DNA of 56,275 bases, filler included, from Catajapyx aquilonaris (Eukaryota): assembly GCA_000934665.2 (NCBI GenBank). It is 3 parts of 3 records of this genome, joined end to end, with 100 filler letters (N's around TTAATTAATTAA, not from the genome) between each part and the next. Parts side by side here need not be neighbours in the genome. Positions count along the whole stretch, not along the records: positions 18,786 to 37,453 come from KZ539570.1; positions 37,554 to 56,275 come from KZ539571.1; 1 more part is not named here. One strand, given 5' to 3'. The notes beneath the pieces are model-generated. The model did no database searches, was not told the DNA's origin, and worked only from the letters and a program-made list of their open reading frames with translations. How positions within the stretch are numbered: the first letter of the stretch is position 1; every line of letters starts with the position of its first letter. The translations under genes and the position numbers were made by a program. This document shows positions 35,393 to 46,075 of this stretch, in pieces.

Positions 35393-35866
35393 TTAGTTTT
35401 CCATTTAGTCATGGGCCCTTGCATTGATGTGGATTGCACATTCAACAGGTCTTGACATTATTGTCATTGCACTGTAGGAGAAAAAGATACATGCCATGTA
35501 ATAAATAAATAAAAGGAAAACAGACTGCCCAATTAGATAACCATGGCAGAATAGCAGAGATCACCATAACCAAGAGCTAATAACTTGCCATAACTGATTC
35601 GTGATAATACCTTGCATGATATTTTACCATAAACGTTGGCATTAGTTGCATGCCACACTCACCTCAAAGAGAGCTGTGAAAGTGACAATATGTCTTCATT
35701 ATCAACAGCACGCCATGTAACAATTCACAGAAACCTAAAGATCCACCCTAATAATATTTTTAGACACTGGCATAACTTACGTATAGTTAAGCCACTATTA
35801 TAAAATTGGTTTGTAACACAATAAATTTGATATGGTTTATATTAGAGCGGTATTTGTATCTGGACA

Positions 35867-36010
35867 CATAGGTAATAATATATTGTTGGTTGACAATTGT
35901 CACGTGGTACGGCAGCGACACCTAGTGCCGCAGATGTTATTGGCACTTTAGGTGTTTCTGCCGTACCACACGACAAAATTGGTATCCTGGCAACCAACAA
36001 TATTACTGTG
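35867..36010. mobile_element. Small foldback/MITE upstream of TTLL3 containing an X-box-like motif
   Basis: Arms ATATTGTTGGTTG..GTGGTACGGCAG..ACACCTA..GTGCC and their reverse complement. GTATCCTGGCAAC at 35982-35994. Confidence 0.55.
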
Positions 36011-37453
36011 TGTATAACTATGGTGTTTGGGGCATGACTTTTTGCACCGTAACAGTTTTTAATAATATGTTTTTTAAATGTTAAAAGTTGACTACAATTT
36101 ATTTTTGGTCATATTTGTTTAGAATCCAGATGTTGAAAAATTCTACCTCCATGCTAAGCTCTTAGCAGCCATCAACGATTTAAAAAAATTACTATGGCAT
36201 GAGCAAACTGCATTTAAATACCTCCCAACTGTTTGACAGGACATGATGAGCGACTTGGCCCAGCAAAGAGCCAGTGGGATGACACACGTAAATACCATCC
36301 CCAGTGGGAGAAGGATGCCGCGAGTGGGGGCGACTATAAATAGCCACGCACAGATAGCTCCTCTGATACACCACAAAACCACCTCAACTTTGCGTCTACG
36401 ATACGATACTTACAAGTGGGTTGTCCCCCAGCTGGAAGTAGAGGGGAGGGGTCAGCAGCACCTAGTGTCGAAATGCAGGTGTTGCTGTGGGACATGGTCC
36501 GGGGACACCCTATATTACCCAGCAGGGGAAAATGCAAACTGTTGCGCCGGCGCCTCTACACGACTTCCACGCCCAAAGTCTAGAGCTGGCTGCAATATCA
36601 CCCAGTGCATATATACGCAGTGCCATTTTTAGACCACTCTTTGCCCGACACTCATTCCGGGAATTGGACGATTCGTTCCCACAATGCTATTGAACCACAT
36701 GCACGGCCATATGCTGTTTGAATCTGGCGCCCTCTGTTATGTAACATGTAATGGCATCATTAAATCGTGTCTTTCTATATATGTAGGGCAGGCTCAATCT
36801 TTTCCCCCGCTTGCTCATCCCGGACGTCCTTATTATGGTGCCAATGCCAAATCAACAAATGAAGGTCCACGTGCTTTGTTGCCACTGCTGCTGTGGGTAG
36901 TGTGGCATAATGCGGTTGAGAGGAGACAAGGATAAGGTCACGGGAATAGCCTCGTGGTCCAGCTCACACCTGAACCCTCCTGAGGCGGGCCCCAGCTATC
37001 GACAAAACACGGCGGAAAAGAGTCAAGGTCTGCGTTTGAAGGTTGCCCGGTCGTTCGTATAACCCGCGCACGGACATATTTGTGCTCCTGGCCAATCAGC
37101 GGTCGGAGAGCTCCAATATGGCGGCACATTAGCGCCATATTTGCACACATGACCAATCAGAGCCGTGGGAGCTCCAACATGGCGCGTAAACTACGCCTGT
37201 CATTCATGCCCGGTTTATCTGTTTGGACTATCCGGAGCATACGCATGCGCCAGTTCCGGATATGTCCTCCTATTGGCCATCCGGCTCCCAGCTGCTAAGC
37301 ACAACCCGCCCTTCAGGGATCGTTGCACCGTGGCGTCTCCCCCGACCAATCACGCACAACCTGCCGCAATCCGGCAACACCGCCAGACCTTGGTCAGGAA
37401 GTCATCCTACTCGCCCTCCCTCCCCATATTGGCATTTTTTGGATCCCCCCCCC

Positions 37454-37553
37454 NNNNNNNNNNNNNNNNNNNNNNNNNNNNNNNNNNNNNNNNNNNNTTA
37501 ATTAATTAANNNNNNNNNNNNNNNNNNNNNNNNNNNNNNNNNNNNNNNNNNNN
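37454..37553. other. Artificial assembly spacer N44-TTAATTAATTAA-N44
   Basis: Exactly 100 nt, same construct as 18686-18785. Confidence 0.95.
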
Positions 37554-37958
37554 GAGGAAACTCGGCGGTGTCTCTCTCTGATCGTGCCGAGAGAGAGTGT
37601 GTCTCTCTCCGTCCTGTTGCAGCAGAGGGACGAAGGAGTACCATGCCCGTTTTGTAAGCGCACTGGGATTGCGGCCAAGACCTGCATTTTAAGTAACGTA
37701 CAAGGTTGCCTCATCCTGCACCTTGAACGTCACGATGAAAGTGGAGGGGAAAGGTCGGACGCCAGCATAACAGATTTCGACCTAAGTGACCATATATCAA
37801 TTGGGTTCAAGCAATTCAAAAGCAGTGCAATCCTATTACACCATGGAGTCTCAATGAATTACAACCACTACACTGCTTTAGTGAAGGGTGAAGGTAGTTG
37901 GCTACACTTTAACGACTACCAGCAGATAACCACTACACTTCGGATCCGAGGAGAATGA
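37554..37958 (+). CDS. Ubiquitin-specific protease (peptidase C19/UCH) C-terminal half, intronless, truncated 5' by the gap
   Basis: Open from the gap edge: EETRRCLSLIVP..SLSVLL..CPFC..AAKT..LILHLER..AILLHHG..NHYTALVK..WLHFND, matching USP box order with the His box and FND. May be non-functional. Confidence 0.7.
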   Translation, partial: EETRRCLSLIVPRESVSLSVLLQQRDEGVPCPFCKRTGIAAKTCILSNVQGCLILHLERHDESGGERSDASITDFDLSDHISIGFKQFKSSAILLHHGVSMNYNHYTALVKGEGSWLHFNDYQQITTTLRIRGE

Positions 37959-38669
37959 TTAGGGACGCAGTCTGCATATTTCTCCTACCTCTCTGAAGGC
38001 TGATACAACCCATCCTTCTTAGTTTCCAAATAAAATATGTGTGATACGTAAGCAAATTATTTATTCCCATTTTCAAAACATTATAAAAATTTTTAAATCA
38101 TACACAACGAATGAAATTTGCATCTCTTCTAAACATGAATACATTAATGAGTATAACTACTTGTTCATATTGCTTTGTCAAAAAAAACTGCAATTATCAC
38201 AAAACCAATCCCTATGGAATTGTAAAAAAAGGAAAGTAAGATCTAAGTGACGGATAGAAATTACTGAAACAAGACTGGGCTGCGTAAGATCTTCACCATA
38301 TGGGTAAATGTAACCCAGAGATCTTACTTGCGGATTTAACGTTTTACAAGATGTCAGGTTAGAAATTGTCTAAAAGATCCAGAGTCTAATAAACCATTCT
38401 GTTAACCAATTAACATCCTAGCCCCCCAACTAATCGATTAACCAATAAATAAATCAACCAACCAGCACCTCATTTAATCAATGGAACAACAGAGAAAAAA
38501 TCAACCCTCCGAACAACCAATCTTCAACCAACCAGACAATAAGTAATCACTTACTGTTAGCAAGTCATAAGTATTTAACCAATCATCATTCAAAATACCA
38601 GCCTATAAACCCTTGGGAATACTATTCTCAGCCCTACAATCACTAATACCTGCTAATACCAAGAGCTAA

Positions 38670-39307
38670 CGGGGAGATGAAGTGGCGTCGCGGTAACGCG
38701 TGCGCCCACGGATATGAAGGTCCCGAGTTCAATCCCCACCCGGGGTTCCCACCTTTATCCGTGCAGAGTTGGGCCATCTCTGGCTTCATTTCGGGTGGCA
38801 ATTTCCGACAGACTAAGCCACCCGGGGGAGTTCACAAAATGACCAATTAGAGACATTGCTCATGCACTTTGCACATCCCCTCCCACACCCTTGGAGTAAA
38901 CCAGCCCATGGACACTACCCCCTATCTTCTGGGCTTATCACCTGCCGAGGGATTACGCACCGGGTGGCCACTTGAGATCGCTACGAGACATTTCCCAAGG
39001 CTATCATGTGGCGACCCTACCTGACTAAAGCTGAACTTTATAGATACAAAAGGGGGGGCCCAACATGGCCGCCGGCGGCCATGTTGGGCCCCCCCTTTTT
39101 GTACCTATAAAGTTCAGCCTTAGTCCGGTAGGGTCGCCACATGATAGCCTTGGGAAATGTCTCGTAGCGATCTCAAGTGGCCACCCGGTGCGTAATCCNN
39201 NNNNNNNNNNNNNNNNNNNNNNNNNNNNNNNNNNNNNNNNNNNNNNNNNNNNNNNNNNNNNNNNNNNNNNNNNNNNNNNNNNNNNNNNNNNATGTAAAAA
39301 AAAAAAA
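38670..39307 (+). mobile_element. tRNA-derived SINE, family C, with poly(A) tail and an internal palindrome
   Basis: A box TGGCGTCGCGG and B box GAGTTCAATCC. Poly(A) about 39296-39309. TSD AATACCAAGAGCTAA at 38655-38669 and 39308-39322. Confidence 0.75.
38950..39198. repeat. Spacer-less palindrome with ~124-bp arms
   Basis: Centre GCC|GGC at 39073/39074; 3 substitutions and 1 indel between arms. Abuts an N gap. Confidence 0.9.
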
Positions 39308-40589
39308 AATACCAAGAGCTAATACTAACACCCAGCACAAATATGACTTGATCAACACCATCTTGTAAAACATTAAATGCGGAAGTAAGATCTCTGGGTT
39401 ACATTTACCCATATGGTGAAGATCTTACGCAGCCCAGTCTTGTTTCAGTAATTTCTATCCGTCACTTAGATCTTACTTTCCTTTTTTTTACAATTCCATA
39501 GGGATTGGTTTTGTGATAATAAGAATATAAGTAAAGCAAGACAATACTGCAGTAGCTGAATTCCATGGAAAGAAAGTCATGAATCTTCTGTTCAGTTCAA
39601 GGTAAAAGAGAAAGCTGAAGATTGAGGAAGAAAAATAATTTTCTACTTTTTAGTGCACTTGGAAAAAATATAAAGCGTGTTCTTAAAAAGGTTTTATATA
39701 TATATTTTTTTTATCTTTGAGGCAAGGAGATAAGCCGTGGTGTGTGTGCCCCCCAACCCCACCGCTTAGCCTGCCACCCTACCTCACCTCACCTAGCCTC
39801 TACTACCAAGGTCTGCTGTGTCTAGCCTCTAGCGTAGCGGGCAGCCCACACGTAAGGATGAAAGGAACCCGTTCCGTTCATCCTGGGGTGTGAGCTACCC
39901 GCTCGACGGGACAGATCTTTTTGCCATGTTGATACAAGTATATGGACCGTTCTGTGACTCGTCTCCCCGCTTCTCTCCGTAATATTTGCCGGATCTCACT
40001 CTCGATATGACGGGAAGTGGCAAGGAATAATGAGTCGTTGGTATGTGCCTTTGGCCTAAAAAAATATTCTCCAGGCCGCCGACATGTTTAAAGCCTCTTG
40101 TTAAAATCACCGACACAGACGGACGCACAGTGGGTTAAAAGGCAATTCTACCAACTAAAACGTCGCTGTCGATTTCATTATTGCTTTTAATTGAATATTT
40201 GGAGTTATGCTGGTGCGAAACACTTGTTGATGAATAGAAGACTGGAAAACTCGATAAAAGAAATAATTCCGATGCAAAGAAAACCCGATTTCATTCAAGT
40301 CACTCACAATGTCACTTATACATACGAAAATGGTATTACAGGGCTTAAAATTATTTTATTTCTCTACAATTATAATAACTCACAATATGACACTACAATA
40401 TATTGAATGATACATTAACAATAAAATATAAAAGTACCTCAATTACATCACCATCACCACTATAGCTGTCACTATATCCATCCGTATCTGATTCTGCGTT
40501 GCCAGAATAGTGCTCTTCTGTTAATACTGGATCAGATAATAACATGCAGACCTCCTCAGTGAATGGTTGGCTGTCTTTAGGATGGATTC

Positions 40590-40879
40590 AAGTTGCTCTG
40601 GAGATTGATGAAATCATGGGACTTTTTGATAGGTGGTTCAACTTGTTAAACTCACGTGTCAGATATGCTAGCCGGATGAAACACCGAAATGCTTTTGCCC
40701 AAAAAGATTACCAGCTTGAGGTTTTAAATGACATTATTTCATTAGTCAGTAGCATGCGAGTAAACGGTAAGATATACCCCTTCCAGAATGGAATATTAAT
40801 GACGTGCAAGTCTCTGAAGGAGCTACATGCTATGTTAAACCGCGATTTTGGATTTGAGTTCATTGCCACCCCGCTCTGA
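40590..40879 (+). pseudogene. P-element/THAP9-type transposase fragment
   Basis: LFDRWFNLLNSR...QLEVL...MRV...PFQNGILMTCKSLKEL...FEFIAT matches the P-transposase segment just before the LNQD-x-LE motif, and is truncated there. Confidence 0.7.
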
Positions 40880-42272
40880 TTGCTGCGTGTACGAGGGGAA
40901 CATATTTCTCACTATTATCGAGCTTTAATAATGTATTGGCAAATAATGGCAATTTATTTTATGCGTAATAAAAACTTTACGAGTTATACTTGTTACCCGC
41001 GTTAAAAATTTGCCGCCAATTTGCGAATTTAGTAGTTAAAAGTCAGTGTATAATTCACAAATGTAGCAAATACTTCTTACGACGACCGCTGCTGTTCTTA
41101 ATTTTTTGGCGCAGAATAAATTCACATTTAAAAGACAAATATATGGCAAAAATTAAGTACATATGTTGAAGTATAACTTACACTAAATAAAATTTTAATA
41201 AACAGTTCTGCTTTTGGAAGGTGGTTGTTGCAGTCTGACGTTGGAATTCGGTCTGAATGATTAGAAAACTGATCCTACAAAAATAACCACGTTTGACGTC
41301 TCAATACTAATTACCACGTTCACAAAACACTTTGTTGGGCATGGTAAGAAAACTCTGGTTATCTAGCTACTGTGACGTAACCCACGGCCAACGCCACATT
41401 TATGTGACGTAGCACGTATATGACCAATGCTGATCAAGTCGTATGGTAACGCAACGACGAGAAAACACCAGGACGATAGTCATGATGGGTGACAAAGGGT
41501 ATACACACATAATAGAGTTTGGGTTCTGCTTTCAGCCTCTTTAATGCGGTTGTTCACAATGAGAGTATGGGTATACAGGATGATGGAGGGTAGGAATGGA
41601 GGTGACCAGTGGCCCCATAGTGGAGGACCAACTGGCCTCGAGTTACAATTGTGTCTGCCTTTTATAGTGGAGAGAAGCCCCACTGCATGCTGGGAAATTC
41701 ATGACATTGCAATACAGTATCGATTTTGTTGTACTATGATGAAGTCAAAGTTGGCAAGGTCACACTACTATTTGGTACCAGAATTTTCAAAATCCGTGAT
41801 GGTCAGTTTTTGGACTTTTTAGTTGCTAGAATTGCCTTTTAACCCACTGTGGGACGGGGCGATTCCCCAGCCATTGCTATCCTGTACCCTCTTCCCACAT
41901 CCTGCATTTGTTTCGCGTTTTGGCCGCTGTAATAGCAGCATCAGGCAATTTCGGAGGTGTTACCTCTTCCCTGGTGCTACCCCGCAAACTCCAGGGGAAG
42001 GCGACTGGCAAAGCTGAGCGTAGATGGCAGCACTGAGCCATGAGACGTACTCGCCGTGATTTGCTCAACAACCATTCTGTTCTCTGTTGATCTGCCGTTG
42101 GCAGCCAGGACTCCACTCCGGGCAGACCGGCCCCTTCATTATTCTGGGGGCGAAGAGAGCCCTATTCTTCCATTCTTCGCAGGTTTGGAGTGGATCGGTC
42201 CGGGGACAGCCGCCCGCCGAATTTGTTTGTGGCGGCAAAGCTCGCTGTTTGTCAGCGCCTAAAGCCTTAAAC

Positions 42273-42628
42273 CAGGGATATTCAACTGGCGGACCGCGAC
42301 GATATACCGGACAGTTTGAAATAGCATTTGAAATTACTCATTCGTGATTTTTTGGAAAAAGTGCTACCAATTTTATGAAATACACACCCATTCAAATCTC
42401 CCACTTTCACCTAAGCTCGTGTGACCTTCAACCCCTCCCCCCCATTTTCGCATGCGGCGGGCTTCCTCCCCGCCCTTTACGGCTGGTTCACCTTGTGCTA
42501 ATGAAATGAGCCCCCTCCGAAATTGTTCTGCCTACGCGCCTGTACCAGGGGGGGGGGGGGGTCCGGACCTTCAATGGCCCAGGAAAGGTAAATACTGGAC
42601 CTTGTCATAAACTAGTTGAATACCCCTG
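42273..42628. mobile_element. hAT (Charlie-like) MITE
   Basis: TIR CAGGG(A/G)TATTCAACT...AGTTGAATACCCCTG; 8-bp TSD CC(T/C)TAAAC at 42265-42272 and 42629-42636. Confidence 0.85.
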
Positions 42629-42736
42629 CCCTAAACTGTCTCAGGCAGTAATGGATGTGCGTCAGAATATGTCCGTGAAGGAGTTAAAAATAGAACTCGG
42701 GACTATCAGGAGGCGCAATTTGGGAATTGGTGACCC

Positions 42737-42778
42737 CCCTAAATGACTACAGCCGTACGCCACACACACGCCCGGCAT
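42737..42778 (-). pseudogene. THAP zinc-finger N-terminal remnant
   Basis: MPGVCVAYGCSH fits the THAP start M-P-x-x-C-x-x-x-x-C; the rest of the domain is absent. Confidence 0.4.
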
Positions 42779-44113
42779 TGTGCAGCGGTGCAAGAGCAAC
42801 AGAACAACGTGAGCCCATGTCTCATAGATCGGTGGCGCTCCTAGCGGCGAAAAGTTGCAGTCGCATTCCCCAATGGGACAGATGTAGGGGGCGGTTGTAG
42901 GAACGCAAATTAAAGAGAAAGTCTTGGAATATGGCAGATTGATATGCATTGGGAATACCTACACATAATAATCCAAGATTTTACATTCAGATGCTCTCAT
43001 GCAACCAACCACTCAACCAGCCTGAGCAAAATAATTATGTAGGCCTATATGACAGAATGTCTTCCAAGAATTGTGCAGTTGTTGGTGACCAAAATGTGGG
43101 TTTGCTCATGATGCCTGTAGTAGATGTCGTTGCCTTCTTGCTTGAGTATGGAAAGGATGCTTTGGGATCCGTTGGAGGAAGGCTTTTGACCGTGTGGAGG
43201 AGGTGGTGGGAGGGAGGGAATTGTGCTCCCCCCCCCCCCGCCCCCCGGTCTCTCCAGGCAGGCAGGCAGGCAGGCAGAGCCTGAATTCCTAACCTGGCAT
43301 TCCAAAGTTGAGAAGGGGAAGGGAAGGGGGGGGGGAGGAGAAAGGACAAGCGGTTCAGACGAAGGCCCTGCCCGGAGGGGGGAATTTATTATAACTCAGG
43401 TTCTCTCTTCCCTTCGCCCTGACTCCCCCACCACCAGGGGCCCTGTTGACCCCCCGCTGATTCTCTTTTATTATTTCCCTTCCCCCGGCCTCCCCCTCCA
43501 GTGGCGCAGACAGAGAGCATGAAGTGTGCATGTGCGATCTAGAGGCCAATTTGGCAACCTGGCAGCACGGGATTGGTCGAGACTCACCTGACGGTTGACC
43601 CCTCCCTCCCTCCCTTCCTTCCTTCCCTCCCTCCCTCCCTCCCTCCCTCACCCACCACCCACCTTTTCTTCCCTCTCCTCCTGATCTCCTTTCTTTCTTC
43701 TCTCCAACCTACTAGTCGAGGAGTGGACTCCTAAACAGACGGAACCATTGTTGAGTGCATTGTTTTCCTGGGATTGTGACCAGTGCCCATACTTGAATGA
43801 AGAGCAACCACTACAACGAATCCAATTCTGCCAGGATAGGTGCAAGTGTTTGAGTGAGAGGTTATGCAGTGTAGGTGCGTGAGTGCTAGAGTGCGTAAGT
43901 GGATGAGTCCATCTTGAAAGAGGAGATTTGATCGCTCGAATGAAGCGGGAACACCGCTACAGGCGAATCAGCATGCAGCCAAAGGTCAAATATCTTTCTT
44001 CTTTCTTTCAGTCATTCTTGTATTATTTACAGTTTCATTAGACAGTGCAACTGCCTATAACTGAGTAGCTCCATTCCGTACTGTTTTTTAAAAGCATTGT
44101 TTTCCATTATGTA

Positions 44114-44900
44114 CTATCGGGTTCAAATACTTTTGGCCACTTTATCCTGGTCTTGAAGCAACCCTTCGCACATACCCCACGTTAAGGAGGTGTGTACAGG
44201 TCTTGAATTAGCTCAGGGGACGGAAGTTTGTGTGTTTTTTGATTTTACTATAGCTGTGGGGACATTTTCAGGTCCCCACTCATGCACACACGCGCTGTGT
44301 ACTATTACAGTGGGGACGTGAAAAAAAATAGTGGGGACATGTCCCCACTATTTTCATTCGTAGGGTTTCACAAAAGTCCATTTTTCTCAGCCTAGGTGAG
44401 TTAGGGTAGGGTAGATTAGGTAGGGTAGGGTAGGGTAGGGTAGGGTAGGGTAGGGTAGGGTAGGGTAGGGTAGGGTAGGTAAGGTTAGTTTACACTAGCT
44501 TCGAAAAGTGGAATTTTCACGTCCCCACAGCTAATTCAGAACAGAACTCTGGGTGTGTGTGTGGACGCGTCTTGCTATCCTTGTGAGGAATTTTTGACGC
44601 GTTTTTCCTATCCTTGTGAGGAATTTTGTCATTACGAGGTAGTTTTCCTGTACCTCATAGTGAAGACACGCCTCACAAGGATAGGGAAAAATCGAAAAAT
44701 ACCTCATAAAGACAGTAAAAATATATATTTCACAAATATTTCGTGTGTTTCCTTGTAGGTTAGGTTAGGTTAGTTTTAAATTTTAAATTTTGGAAAAACC
44801 TCACAAGGATAGAAATGCGCGCCTGTGTGGGTGCGTGTGTGTGTGTGAAGGGTTGCTTCAAGACCAGGATAAAGTGGCCAAAAGTATTTGAACCCGATAG
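44114..44900. mobile_element. Tc1-like MITE with ~60-bp TIRs, hosting two nested telomere-repeat-bearing elements
   Basis: TA|CTATCGGGTTCAAATACTTTTGGCCAC...GTGGCCAAAAGTATTTGAACCCGATAG|TA. Confidence 0.88.
44402..44488 (+). repeat. (TAGGG)n telomere-like pentamer array
   Basis: 11 perfect TAGGG units at 44421-44475 with degenerate flanks. Confidence 0.95.
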
Positions 44901-44909
44901 TACAGTGCC

Positions 44910-46075
44910 CGACATAATAATTTCAGTCCATAAAATAATGCAAACAACGGCGTTGGCGTTACCTGGCAACCGCGCCGTCGAGGGAGTGTTCGGACATCAG
45001 GGCGTGGAGGTCGCTTAGTGTTATTATTTCTATTGTTGCCACTGTTTACAGAGAGTGAGTGACGCGGTTGACCCAGCGACGACGGGTCTCTGCCTCCTTA
45101 CACACTAGCAGGGATACGCAGAAAAAAATGGAAAATGATGATGTTAGAAGCAAGCCACTTTGGTCAAATGTTCCCTAGCTGCTAGACTCGAAGAAAGGTT
45201 TTCGTCCGCACCACACGAAATATATTCCATTCCTGAGGAGGGGGTGTCAATAATGAAGATCAGGGATGTGCTAATTCAAAGTGCCCCAACTACTGACGGA
45301 TTCTTTCCGTTCAAGTGTCTTTTCCGCGTAATTCGACACCGCGACGAATGGCGACCATGCCTCGTATGTCGCACACGTAATTTGGCCCATATGACGTCAT
45401 ATTTCCAAATGGCCGCCCCATATAGGCTACGTGCCATTCGCGTCATATTCGTGCCAGGGCGAGGTACAGGACTAACACTTTAATATATGACGTCATAGAG
45501 GCCACATTACGTGTGCGACATACGGTGCATGCTCGCCATTAGTCTTAGCGGTGGTCGAATGACGCGGAAAAGACACTTGAACGGAAAGAATCCGTCAGTT
45601 GACGCACTTTGAATTAGCACACCCCTGATCTAATTGACACCCCCTCCTTATCGTGTGCTGTGGACGAAAACCTTTCTTCGAGTCCAGCAGTGAACATTTC
45701 CCCAAAGTTGCTAGCTTCTAACATCATCATTTTCTCGTCTTTTTCCCTGCGTATCCCTGCTCCTGTGTAATTAGGCTGGGTCAATCGCGTCCAATGAGTT
45801 CTGCTATTATATAATATAACACCTAGAGCAGGTACTCCCTATCCTTTTCCATTAGACAGGCTGAGGCAGCGACCATCTTGTTGGAGGTAATATTGTTGTT
45901 CTAACAGTTGTCTAGCAACTGGGACAACAACCAATAATGACAACTGGGCGACATATATATATATAGCAGAACTCTTTGATCGCGTCACTCACTCTCTGTA
46001 AACAGTGGCAACAATAGAAAGAACGCCATGTATAACTCCAACGCCGCTGTTTACATTTAGGGACTGCAATTATGG
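44910..46075. mobile_element. Large diverged foldback element
   Basis: About 45027-45403 is the indel-rich reverse complement of 45483-45791 plus 45987-46020; outer arms extend to about 44910 and 46075; ~80-bp spacer. Confidence 0.8.
45792..45978. mobile_element. MITE with 8-bp TSD (P- or hAT-type) inserted in the foldback arm
   Basis: TIR CAA(T/A)GAGTTCTGCTA...TAGCAGAACTCTTTG; perfect TSD ATCGCGTC at 45784-45791 and 45979-45986. Confidence 0.88.

Larger units (their letters stand above)
38193..39520. mobile_element. Non-autonomous TIR element with ~160-bp TIRs, containing a nested SINE
   Basis: 38193-38353 is the near-perfect reverse complement of 39359-39520. Confidence 0.88.

Noticed and set aside
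36123..36236. Possible plus-strand terminal exon NPDVEKFYLHAKLL...
   Set aside because: No upstream partner exon or recognisable family; unsupported.
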